The notes under the pieces are model-generated. The model was not told where the DNA came from. It saw only the letters and a list, made by a program, of their open reading frames with translations, and ran no database searches. A DNA stretch of 63,747 nucleotides, the filler included, from Welwitschia mirabilis (lineage: Eukaryota): NCBI GenBank assembly GCA_051453625.1. It is 7 parts of one record of this genome, joined end to end, with 100 filler letters (N's around TTAATTAATTAA, not from the genome) between each part and the next. Parts side by side here need not be neighbours in the genome. Positions count along the whole stretch, not along the records: positions 1 to 6,559 come from JBOZIK010000001.1; positions 6,660 to 22,262 come from JBOZIK010000001.1; 5 more parts are not named here. One strand, written 5' to 3'. The translations under genes were made by a program, and so were the position numbers. Shown here piece after piece: positions 1 to 11,600 of the stretch. Position 1 is the stretch's first letter. Every line of letters starts with the position of its first letter.

Positions 1-1625
1 GCAAAACTTTGTTAAGTGTAAACTCTAACTACACTACCACTGAGAGAGAAATGCTTGCTATTATCTTTTGCTTAGATTATCTTTGACATTATCTTCTTGG
101 TTTTCATATCAATGTTTACATACATCATGCATCCATCCACTATCTCATGACTAAAAAAGATTTGAGTGCTAGACTTATTAGGTGAATCCTTCTAATGCAA
201 GAATTTAATCTTACCATCATTGATAAGGCTGGAAAACATAATAATGTGGCTAATCATCTTTCTTGATTTTCTTGGTCTCATGATGAAATTCCCATTANNN
301 NNNNNNNNNNNNNNNNNNNNNNNNNNNNNNNNNNNNNNNNNNNNNNNNNNNNNNNNNNNNNNNNNNNNNNNNNNNNNNNNNNNNNNNNNNNNNNNNNGCT
401 GGAAAACATAATAATGTGGCTAATCATCTTTCTTGATTTTCTTGGTCTCATGATGAAATTCCCATTAATGACTCTTTTCCTAATGAGAAACTTTTTTGCA
501 ATTAAACAACTGTATGATATCTTATCTTCTCATCCCACTCCTTGGTATGTTAATATCATGAATTACCTTATGACTAAAAAATCTTCTTATCAGTAGAAAC
601 ATAATCAACACAAAACTTTTCTCCATAGGATTGGTGGATATGAATGGAATAAACCCCATCTTTATAGACATTGCAAAGATCAAATTATGCATAAATGTAT
701 GTCTGAATGGGAAACCTTAGAAATCTTAAAACTGCACCAGGGTGGGGTATGTTGAGGACACTTTAGTGCTAAAAGACCATCATAAAAATTCTTCACTTTG
801 GTGTCTATTAGCCTACTCTTTTCAAAGACTCATTTTATTTTTCTAGGCAGTGTGATGCATGTCAATGCTATAGTAGCCTAACTCGTTCTCATAATATGCT
901 TCTCAAACCTATACTTGAATGTAAACCTTTTGATTATTAAAGAACTGAATTTGTAGGCCTGGTTACACCACCTTCTAATGAGAAAAATTATATTCTTATT
1001 ACTTTAGATTATGTTACTAAGTGGGTTGAAGCTATTCTTACTATCAAAAATGATGCTCGAACTGTTTATAACTTTATTTGAATGCATATTTTTCAATGAT
1101 TTAGTTTTTCATGCATTATTATTAGTGATGAAAGAACTCATTTCATTAATTACCTCTTTTAAAAACTTCTTTTATTCATTGGTGTTAAACATAGAATTAC
1201 TTGTGTCTATCATCCTCAAACCAATGGTCAAGCTAAAAATACAAATAGAGAAATAAAAAAAAAATGCTTTAAAAATTAGTCTCTGTAAAAAAGAAAACTT
1301 GGTCCTCTAAACTTAATGATGTTCTTTGGGCTTACTGTACTACTTGGCATAAATCTCTAGGTTTCTTACCCTATGAACTTATGTACGGTAAAGTGCATGT
1401 ATTACCAGTTGATGTTTGCTATAATTCTTATTGATTCACTCATTAACTTAACTTTGTTAACTTAAATGAAAAGCTTAAAATTCCACTAGCCCAACTTGAC
1501 CATTTAGATGAAAAATGTACTCATGCCTTGCATTGTCAACTTATTCATAAAACTCAAGGCAAGTCTAGACATGATAAAAAGATTATTCATAAACAGTTTG
1601 AACCTAGTCAACTTGTTCTTTTGTA
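1..1625 (+). pseudogene. pol: Gypsy pol fragment (RNase H + integrase) with stops and frameshifts
   Basis: Hand translation gives YTTTEREMLAIIF, ARLIR*ILLMQEF, NNVANHLS, PWYVNIMNYL, HPQTNGQAKNTNREIK, WSSKLNDVLWAY, PYELMYGK and HDKKIIHKQFEPSQLVLLY. These follow the Athila-type RH/INT consensus in order. Confidence 0.92.
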
Positions 1626-4608
1626 NNNNNNNNNNNNNNNNNNNNNNNNNNNNNNNNNNNNNNNNNNNNNNNNNNNNNNNNNNNNNNNNNNNNNNNNNNN
1701 NNNNNNNNNNNNNNNNNNNNNNNNNNNNNNNNNNNNNNNNNNNNNNNNNNNNNNNNNNNNNNNNNNNNNNNNNNNNNNNNNNNNNNNNNNNNNNNNNNNN
1801 NNNNNNNNNNNNNNNNNNNNNNNNNNNNNNNNNNNNNNNNNNNNNNNNNNNNNNNNNNNNNNNNNNNNNNNNNNNNNNNNNNNNNNNNNNNNNNNNNNNN
1901 NNNNNNNNNNNNNNNNNNNNNNNNNNNNNNNNNNNNNNNNNNNNNNNNNNNNNNNNNNNNNNNNNNNNNNNNNNNNNNNNNNNNNNNNNNNNNNNNNNNN
2001 NNNNNNNNNNNNNNNNNNNNNNNNNNNNNNNNNNNNNNNNNNNNNNNNNNNNNNNNNNNNNNNNNNNNNNNNNNNNNNNNNNNNNNNNNNNNNNNNNNNN
2101 NNNNNNNNNNNNNNNNNNNNNNNNNNNNNNNNNNNNNNNNNNNNNNNNNNNNNNNNNNNNNNNNNNNNNNNNNNNNNNNNNNNNNNNNNNNNNNNNNNNN
2201 NNNNNNNNNNNNNNNNNNNNNNNNNNNNNNNNNNNNNNNNNNNNNNNNNNNNNNNNNNNNNNNNNNNNNNNNNNNNNNNNNNNNNNNNNNNNNNNNNNNN
2301 NNNNNNNNNNNNNNNNNNNNNNNNNNNNNNNNNNNNNNNNNNNNNNNNNNNNNNNNNNNNNNNNNNNNNNNNNNNNNNNNNNNNNNNNNNNNNNNNNNNN
2401 NNNNNNNNNNNNNNNNGTTTTGATGAGTAGTAATAGTTTACTTGGGAATTTTCAGTGATAAAATTAACTTTATTCAATTTTTAGAAATTCGTATATCTAT
2501 GAACTTCCTTTCAGAAGGAAGATGCCTCGGTTCTTTTATTCTCTTTCAATGATGTAAGCAAATTAGTTGTTTTTGCATGATCTTACTTTGTTACTCCTCT
2601 CATTCTTTCACTTTTATCCTTACAAGTACTTGGTCATATGGAATGATACTCCAAAAAAGAACGAGAGAAAATAAGAAGAATAAAAACCATGATTTTTCAT
2701 GTTATATCTCTAAATATGGTAATCATGATGTCCTACCACAATTGCACCAGGGCAGATATTCCTAATAGAGGCCTTTGGCAATGTAATATGGTAGCTGTGA
2801 AAACTCCACTGAGGGGTTAGTTGGCCATGCTGTATAGGTCCTTACTTCTCTAAAAATGGTTGAACTCTCCTCATCATGAAAAAATAAATTGCATTCTGAG
2901 GTTATGAGATCAGTGATGTACCTGGTATTATCAAAGGCATTGCTTGTTTTCTAGGCTCATTTTTCTTTATTTATTTCTGGTACTTCCATATGATCACTCT
3001 ACTTTTTGGATCTAGTGATTGTTTTGATATGATAGCTTGTAAGTTCCTATTTTTAAAACATCTTTTTATCTTATCATTCATTGTTTGATAATATTAGCAG
3101 TTGCTTTTTAGGTTGTTCCTTTGTTTTTTTCCCTCTTTGCTATCTTCTTTCTGTTGTTTTTCTGTATTTTTTAGTCTTCTAGATTTTTTTGGCTTCACCT
3201 TTCTTTCTAAATAGCTGCTTTGATGACTATTGTCCCATGTCTGTCATCTTAATGATTGAGGGGATGACACTCCTCTTATATTCCTGNNNNNNNNNNNNNN
3301 NNNNNNNNNNNNNNNNNNNNNNNNNNNNNNNNNNNNNNNNNNNNNNNNNNNAGTTTCTTTTTATATATCCATAATTTTTTCTAAAGGATTGTTGTTTCTT
3401 TTTTGTAGGTTTCCATGATCTGATGTGTTCTAGTTTTTCATGAGTTTAGGAATGTTTAAGGAGTCTTTGAGCATTACTTCTCCCCATTCAATGCATTTTA
3501 TTCTATCATTACCTTTTCCTTCTCCACCATGCAGTTGCTTTTTAGGTTGTTCCTTTGTTTCTTCCCCTGTTTGCTATCTTCTTTCTATTGTTTTTCTGTA
3601 TTTTTTAGTCTTCTAGATTTTTTTGGCTTCACCTTCCTTTCCAAATAGCTGCTTTGATGACTATTGTCCCACGTCTGTCATCTTAATGATTGAGGGGATA
3701 ACACTTCTCTTATATTCCTGGTGCAATTCGGGATGTTTTGCTTCTTATATTTGGGGGTAGAACATCTTTTTAGGTGTTAATCTATACTTTTCAACACAAG
3801 TTTTTCAATTTCTGAGCTTTCATGATCTAACTTTATAATGGGTTGTTTGGATGAGTTTTTCATATTATTTAAATACATTTTTGGAGAATTCATGAACTTT
3901 ATCTTGCAGGATCTAGTAGTACACTCATATGTTTTTTCATAGCCATGNNNNNNNNNNNNNNNNNNNNNNNNNNNNNNNNNNNNNNNNNNNNNNNNNNNNN
4001 NNNNNNNNNNNNNNNNNNNNNNNNNNNNNNNNNNNNNNNNNNNNNNNTTCAACATAAATTTTTCAATTTCTGAGGTTTCATGATCTAACTTTATGATGGG
4101 TTGTTTGGATGAGTTTTTCATATTATTTTTGGAGAATTCATGAACTTTATCTTGCAAGATCTAGTAGTACACTCATATGTTTTTTCATAGCCATGTTTTT
4201 AAATCATCTAATTTGTGCTATATTTAATTTTGTCCTTTGCCTTTTTGATGATACTAAGGAGACATCATGTTCTAGAAAATAGCACTACTTAATCCTATTG
4301 GATAGTCCATTATCACTATTTTTGTAATATGCATACATAATTTTATTTCTTGAGCTACCAAAGTTACATTTTTATGATTTTTGTATGTATATAAAATTCA
4401 TTTATCTATAGTGACATGCTTAAGTAGTGGGCTTAGAATAATTTTTTAGCATTTATATCAATTACTTGTTGATGATAACAATTTCTTACATGATTTAATG
4501 AAACTCAATTTACATCCATACAAGCACTATTTTATCTTAGTTAAATTAACTCACAATCTAGTTAATCGCTCGCTTTGTTAGAGACTGACAAGGCTGAGTA
4601 GAGGGCTA

Positions 4609-6444
4609 TGTTATGATGCTAATTTATAGAAATTTGATAGTATATTTTGAGTACTTTTGTAGGACATTCACATAGGTTTTGATGCAATACTGATAACTAT
4701 AGAGATCTAACAAGATGATCAATAAAACATGTAATCCTTAGCATTTTGGCAGTTTCTCAGACCTATTCTAACATTGCATATGTAGAAGAAGAACTTCATG
4801 ATGCAAAAAGACTAACTTACCTTTGAGATTAGAGAAAAGTAAGACTGTCATCCCCTATGTTGTCCACATGACANNNNNNNNNNNNNNNNNNNNNNNNNNN
4901 NNNNNNNNNNNNNNNNNNNNNNNNNNNNNNNNNNNNNNNNNNNNNNNNNNNNNNNNNNNNNNNNNNNNNNNNNAAAAAGACTGACTTACCTTTGAGATTG
5001 GAGAAACGCAAGATTGTCATCCCCTATGTTGTCCCCATGACATGTAGGACGACAACACTGCTTACATGGATAGAAAATGCAAGGCTAATAATAGCACATG
5101 GAGCACATGAAGACACATGGCACATGGTGTCATCCCCTATGTCATCCCCATGACATGCAAGAGGACAACACTGCTAACATGGATAGGAGCTGCTAGGTTA
5201 ATATCTGGGGATGGAGGCATGTGGCATAGATGATGTCCACTATGTCATCCCAATAATAGGCTGGACAATAGCTGTTTTTGCATGTTTAGAAGAAATATCT
5301 TTGTAAATGGGGTCAAGTGACTCATGTGGGTTATTAGGGTTTTGTTTCCTGACTTTAGGGCTTTGCTTCTAGAACCTCAAATGCAAACCTATAAATACCC
5401 TTACCCTCCTTTATTTCTAAGCTATCTTTTATACCTGATACTTGTGACAAAGGATTAAAGAGCAAGAGATCCATATAGAACTATAGAAAGGAGTCTCTTT
5501 GGTGTTAGTTTAAGTCTCTTCCATTGAAGTGTTGTTATTTTATTTGTAAGTGAATGTAATGTTCTTAAATACTCTTTAAATTAATATAATTTNNNNNNNN
5601 NNNNNNNNNNNNNNNNNNNNNNNNNNNNNNNNNNNNNNNNNNNNNNNNNNNNNNNNNNNNNNNNNNNNNNNNNNNNNNNNNNNNNNNNNNNNNNNNNNNN
5701 NNNNNNNNNNNNNNNNNNNNNNNNNNNNNNNNNNNNNNNNNNNNNNNNNNNNNNNNNNNNNNNNNNNNNNNNNNNNNNNNNNNNNNNNNNNNNNNNNNNN
5801 NNNNNNNNNNNNNNNNNNNNNNNNNNNNNNNNNNNNNNNNNNNNNNNNNNNNNNNNNNNNNNNNNNNNNNNNNNNNNNNNNNNNNNNNNNNNNNNNNNNN
5901 NNNNNNNNNNNNNNNNNNNNNNNNNNNNNNNNNNNNNNNNNNNNNNNNNNNNNNNNNNNNNNNNNNNNNNNNNNNNNNNNNNNNNNNNNNNNNNNNNNNN
6001 NNNNNNNNNNNNNNNNNNNNNNNNNNNNNNNNNNNNNNNNNNNNNNNNNNNNNNNNNNNNNNNNNNNNNNNNNNNNNNNNNNNNNNNNNNNNNNNNNNNN
6101 NNNNNNNNNNNNNNNNNNNNNNNNNNNNNNNNNNNNNNNNNNNNNNNNNNNNNNNNNNNNNNNNNNNNNNNNNNNNNNNNNNNNNNNNNNNNNNNNNNNN
6201 NNNNNNNNNNNNNNNNNNNNNNNNNNNNNNNNNNNNNNNNNNNNNNNNNNCATATCTAGTCATGTTGCATTGCTTTTGCGTTATTATTTACTTTTAATAT
6301 TAAAATAAAATAGACTAAAAATACCTTTGGAAATCAATTCTCTAACTGCCTTTATTGGGATTACAACATTTGAGTAAAATCTTGTCTATACTAGCATGTA
6401 TTTACCTAAGGAGCTTCAGGATTGCATAAATTCACACTGCAACA
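4609..6444 (+). repeat. 3' LTR of gypsy copy A
   Basis: Termini TGTTATGATGC...CACACTGCAACA. TATA-like CCTATAAATA near 5388-5397. Homologous to the LTRs at 37249-38679 and 60801-61606 (both minus strand). Contains N gaps. Confidence 0.85.
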
Positions 6445-6603
6445 CCTTCTTCAAAAAAGGCCTTTCATGATAAAACCCTATCCTATCTCAAAAGATTATA
6501 TTCTCATATCTATCACATAAAAATGGGCTTTTTTTACGATAGGTTATCATATCATAGATNNNNNNNNNNNNNNNNNNNNNNNNNNNNNNNNNNNNNNNNN
6601 NNN

Positions 6604-6615
6604 TTAATTAATTAA
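6604..6615. other. Artificial scaffolding linker TTAATTAATTAA inside N runs (also 22307-22318, 46646-46657, 49989-50000, 52835-52846, 60745-60756)
   Basis: An identical 12-mer with stops in all six frames, centred in ~100-nt N blocks six times. Confidence 0.95.
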
Positions 6616-6659
6616 NNNNNNNNNNNNNNNNNNNNNNNNNNNNNNNNNNNNNNNNNNNN

Positions 6660-8604
6660 TAAATGTCAAATAGGTAAGCTATCTTTTGTTTATGTTATAT
6701 TATACCCTTTTTTTATTTTCTTTTTTGGTTTGATTAGTTATTTCAAAGTCATTATCATACTTTCTTAGCTTTTTAGGATCATAATGTTGTTTTTGTTCAG
6801 TTTTCCATAAAAAGAATTAATTTCTTACTTGAATAAATATTTTTGTGATGTATATTTTCTGTGTTTTTGAGTTCTTAATGCTGCTCTTAAATCATTTGTT
6901 CTAATGAAACATTTTTCTTATTCACNNNNNNNNNNNNNNNNNNNNNNNNNNNNNNNNNNNNNNNNNNNNNNNNNNNNNNNNNNNNNNNNNNNNNNNNNNN
7001 NNNNNNNNNNNNNNNNNNNNNNNNNNNNNNNNNNNNNNNNNNNNNNNNNNNNNNNNNNNNNNNNNNNNNNNNNNNNNNNNNNNNNNNNNNNNNNNNNNNN
7101 NNNNNNNNNNNNNNNNNNNNNNNNNNNNNNNNNNNNNNNNNNNNNNNNNNNNNNNNNNNNNNNNNNNNNNNNNNNNNNNNNNNNNNNNNNNNNNNNNNNN
7201 NTTCATGACACATAATTTTAAAATTTTTCAAACAAATTATGCATTACATGTTATTTTGTCATTAGATGTGTTTTGTGATCCTGTTTTATAATTTATAGAT
7301 TGATTTTTTATAAGATAAATTGGCTCACAATTATGATTTTTTGCCTAGTTTTTATTAGGGATTGACAAAGGCTAAGTGGAAGGCTATCTTGCACTGTCAA
7401 TTTGTGGTTATTTAATGGGATTTTATGAGTTGTTTTGTAGGACATTTGTACAAGTTTAAGTACAATTCTGAGGATTTTAGAGAATTAATTAAGATCTCAA
7501 AAATGTGTAATTATTACCTATATTTGATGCATTTAAGATACATTCAGATACACAGAGCTTTAGAGGNNNNNNNNNNNNNNNNNNNNNNNNNNNNNNNNNN
7601 NNNNNNNNNNNNNNNNNNNNNNNNNNNNNNNNNNNNNNNNNNNNNNNNNNNNNNNNNNNNNNNNNNATTTAAGATACATTCTGATACACAGAGCTTTAGA
7701 GGAATATTTCTAATAACAGCTAGCTTCTGCTCACTAAATTTATTAAAGAAGTTCATCATCCCCTCTTTTGTCCTCATGACAGGCAGGATGATAACACCAT
7801 TAGATGCTGATATGAAATGTCGAATCATCTACTGAGTTATCTGTTGAATTACCTTTTTTAATGAGTTATTGTCTCCTATTTCATCTGGATGATCATCAGG
7901 AAAACACTGACGTTGTAACCAACTATGACAGATAATCCTTTATCATTTTGTCTATTTCTTATATATAAAAGAGCATGTTTTTGGAGCACCTTATGTTTGT
8001 TATTTTCTTTGATGTTTTTCTATAAATAATTTCCTCTTCAACTCTCCTCTCTGTCTTTGTTGCACCAAAAATTCTCATGACAAGAGATCAAAGGGTGGAA
8101 GATTCATATTGAGTATTGTAGAAAGATGTTTCCTTAGTGGAGGGCTATGTATCCTTCATTTAGGCTTGGCTATTTTATAATCTAGATGTTGTTCTGATTT
8201 AATATAAACTTTCTTTTTATGTTTACATACTATCTTGTCTGATAACCCTTATGGTTTATGTTGCCCTTGATCTTGTTACAATTTCTTTGGTGATTAGATA
8301 ATGAAGGGTAGCCTTTGTTAAGGCTGAAAAGAAAGCAGTTTAGTTTCATTTTGCATTGCATGTAGATTAGTTGCATTTTAAATTTACATTGCATCCTTTA
8401 TTTTCTACATTACTCTTTAGTTTTGGTTCCCATTTATTTATGAAAAGGAATCCAAGTCTTATCTCATAGTCTTCAATGAGAATACAACATTCAAGTTAAC
8501 TCACACTCTTACTAGTGTGTTGTATTGTATGAGAAATCTATTTTATTTTATGAATGATAGAATACTTTTGAATATAAGTGCTTCCACAAATATACGATGC
8601 AATA
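6660..8604 (+). mobile_element. 3' end of a second, older gypsy copy of the same group (LTR approx. 7387-8604)
   Basis: GATTGACAAAGGCTAAGTGGAAGGCTA at ~7360-7386 repeats the pre-LTR motif at 4583-4608. It is followed by TGTAGGACATTTGTACAAGTTT, resembling the copy A LTR. TATA near 7960. The right boundary is approximate. Confidence 0.65.
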
Positions 8605-11600
8605 CCCTCACTTCCTTGAAGCAGCTCAAGATGATGCAACATAATCCTTTAATACTAAATGCTTAAGATATTAAGTTAAAGTAAGTCCATGCATGAGTAG
8701 GACAAGAGAGTGGTGATTAAATCCACTTCCAGAGAGGTTTATAAATAAAAGTATAATGCAAACTACCTTAGTGATGAAATCTAAGTATGGGAATGAATAA
8801 CTATTGATATTATCTTAGTTTAGTTGAATGAATACACTATACAAATGTAAGCATACATTTATGTGGATACTTAGTGGATTATTTACCTAGTAAAAATACT
8901 TCTAATTATCATTAGGTTTATTTTATAAAACAATCATACAAAAAAAAAATCATATAAGCATCATTTTTATTTTACATAAAAGGAACATTATACATTTTAA
9001 AATCATATTAGTAAAAATAAATGAAATAAAACATCCCCTTATTTTTCTACATTATAGTAATTATTTTTAAATAAGGCACATTGATACATCCAAGTCTTAT
9101 TATAGAAACATGCTCTATCCATTGTACTGAGCTAACCTCTAAACATCCTTTATAGATTCTAAGTATCTATATCAAATAAAATTAAGTAATATACATATAA
9201 ACACTAATAAAGCTAAGTGATTGAGCTACATATCTCTAGAATTATTAACTAGACATGCCTAATGTTTATGCTTAAAATGTAAGAATAAGAGTCTAAATTT
9301 TAATAAATAATATATAAATATTATTTTAAAAACAAAAATTAAATTAATTATACATATAAATCATATATATTATTCAAAATAGTTTGATACTTGCATTAGA
9401 TAATATTCTATAATTATTAAACTTATTTAAAAATTTTCTTAGATTTTAAAAGGAATTGAAACTAAAACTTTTAATTAATTATTTAAAAATGTAAAAATAA
9501 ATTAGATGCATTTTCTTAAAATAGAATCAGCATATTATACTAAAAAACTAATTTTATTAAATCTAAATTATTATAGACACATTTATATGGTTAAACTTTT
9601 ACTATAAAAACTGCTTAAATTTTAGTTACTAAAATAATACCCTTCACTAAAATAGCTATAACTTTTAATCTACTTGGAATTTTTAAATGAGTAAATACTT
9701 TTTGAAAAACTTATTGAATTTTTTATAGGTTTGACTATTTAAATTTTACCAAGACTTTCTGTTAATTCTAAAAACTAAGACAGTTTGCTTTTTTTTCACT
9801 TATGATTTTTGAGTTATTTTTATAAAATAGATTTTAAAAATTACTTTACTCTCAAAAGAATTACTATTTTAAAACTTTTAAAAACCTAACATGATTATAA
9901 ACCTACATAAAAAATGTTATAAAGTTTTACTCATCATTCAATGAATTACGACTTTCTTAAGTTATGCTTCACTTTTTGGAAAAAGTAAACTTTAACTAAA
10001 CTAAAAACAAGAGATCTCATACTAATTTATAGAAATAAAAATTAAGTAACCAAAAAATAATTAAAATAACTAAAACTTCATACTANNNNNNNNNNNNNNN
10101 NNNNNNNNNNNNNNNNNNNNNNNNNNNNNNNNNNNNNNNNNNNNNNNNNNNNNNNNNNNNNNNNNNNNNNNNNNNNNNNNNNNNNNNNNNNNNNNNNNNN
10201 NNNNNNNNNNNNNNNNNNNNNNNNNNNNNNNNNNNNNNNNNNNNNNNNNNNNNNNNNNNNNNNNNNNNNNNNNNNNNNNNNNNNNNNNNNNNNNNNNNNN
10301 NNNNNNNNNNNNNNNNNNNNNNNNNNNNNNNNNNNNNNNNNNNNNNNNNNNNNNNNNNNNNNNNNNNNNNNNNNNNNNNNNNNNNNNNNNNNNNNNNNNN
10401 NNNNNNNNNNNNNNNNNNNNNNNNNNNNNNNNNNNNNNNNNNNNNNNNNNNNNNNNNNNNNNNNNNNNNNNNNNNNNNNNNNNNNNNNNNNNNNNNNNNN
10501 NNNNNNNNNNNNNNNCCAAAAAATAATTAAAATAACTAAAACTTCATACTAAAATTTATTATTTAAAGTATATAAAACATAATTATAATCAATATAAACT
10601 CAACTTGCAATAATAAATAATGCATCTATGATCCTTAAGATTTTCTAGGAAGGAGTCCCTAGCCTAAATAGATTTTTGAGGATTAAAATCATTCATCCTA
10701 ACAAAAACTCTAAGATCAATCTAATGCAAAATGCATTTTAAAAATAAAATAATACAAATCAACATGGGTACCTAAAATTGTAATGAACCCCCTAGTCACT
10801 TAGCTAACATATCTATTAAATACATAGAAGATAAGCATGTTAAGAGGTCCCTCAACTCTCTCCCTTATCTTATTTTATACCAATGGGAGGAAAAAGATCC
10901 ATTGTTAGTCTCATCAACTAAGCATGTAAAGAGATCTCTTAAATCTCTCCTTTATCTTAATATCAGTGAATGAAAGGGAAAATACAAATACTACATTGAT
11001 ACTACAATCATGTGCATTTGCTTAATGTAAGAAATGATGCTAAAATTCTTATGAAAGAAGAACCTACTTAGAGGGAAAAAGATTGATTATTCTTCAAGAA
11101 TATTAATAAATTTCTAACCTCCAAGATCCTAGTTACAAGATTTAAGCTCTAAAATCCAAGCTCCAACTTCACACTCAAGAGGATGAAAGATTAAAAAGAA
11201 ACTTTAGAAGCATAAACTTGCTTAAAGATTACTAGCTTAAGGAGAAATAAGATTAGTTTATTTATAGATGAATGGTGTATCTAAGGTCCTTAATATAATT
11301 AGTTAAGGACCATGCACATAATTTTATCCATAAAGTAAGGAAATCTCTTTTAATTAATAAGATCGATCAATAACAAGTTAGATGAATTTGTTTAAAAGTA
11401 ATATGGATAAATGACAAGATTGATCATGATACCTTAAATGAACTTTGTGTAAAATTGATATGGACATATAAATGATAATGACACGATTTATCAATAACAC
11501 ATTGGATGAGCTTATGTAGAAGTGACATTGACATATAAATGAATAGTGATAATATTGATCAATGAAAAGTTGTAAAAGCTTGCGTAAGAAGTGAAAGTGA

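Larger units (their letters stand above)
1..6444 (+). mobile_element. Athila/Tat-like Ty3-gypsy LTR retrotransposon, copy A (5' part outside window): pol end, long 3' non-coding region, 3' LTR
   Basis: Degenerate RNase H and integrase at 1-1625. The 3' region 2417-4608 matches the reverse complement of 38680-40496 plus 53837-54000. A purine-rich tract (AAGGCTGAGTAGAGGG) precedes the LTR start TGTTATGATGC at 4609. Confidence 0.85.

Noticed and set aside
228..467. Near-identical direct repeats flanking N-runs (also around 3950, 4875, 7567, 10087, 19295, 23136, 24106, 26267, 37436, 54275, 56288, 57554)
   Set aside because: Each pair sits on either side of a gap, mostly of ~100 N. This is the pattern of unmerged contig overlaps or haplotypes, not demonstrable tandem duplication.
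1508..2477. Long ORFs made mostly of X, here and across other gaps
   Set aside because: They are artefacts of translating N runs.
2743..2850. Resemblance to the plant TPP riboswitch (GCACCAGGG...GCTGTGAAA)
   Set aside because: The 3' core (ACCTGA...TAATGC...GGGA) is absent and CTGAGA is not conserved in the three copies.
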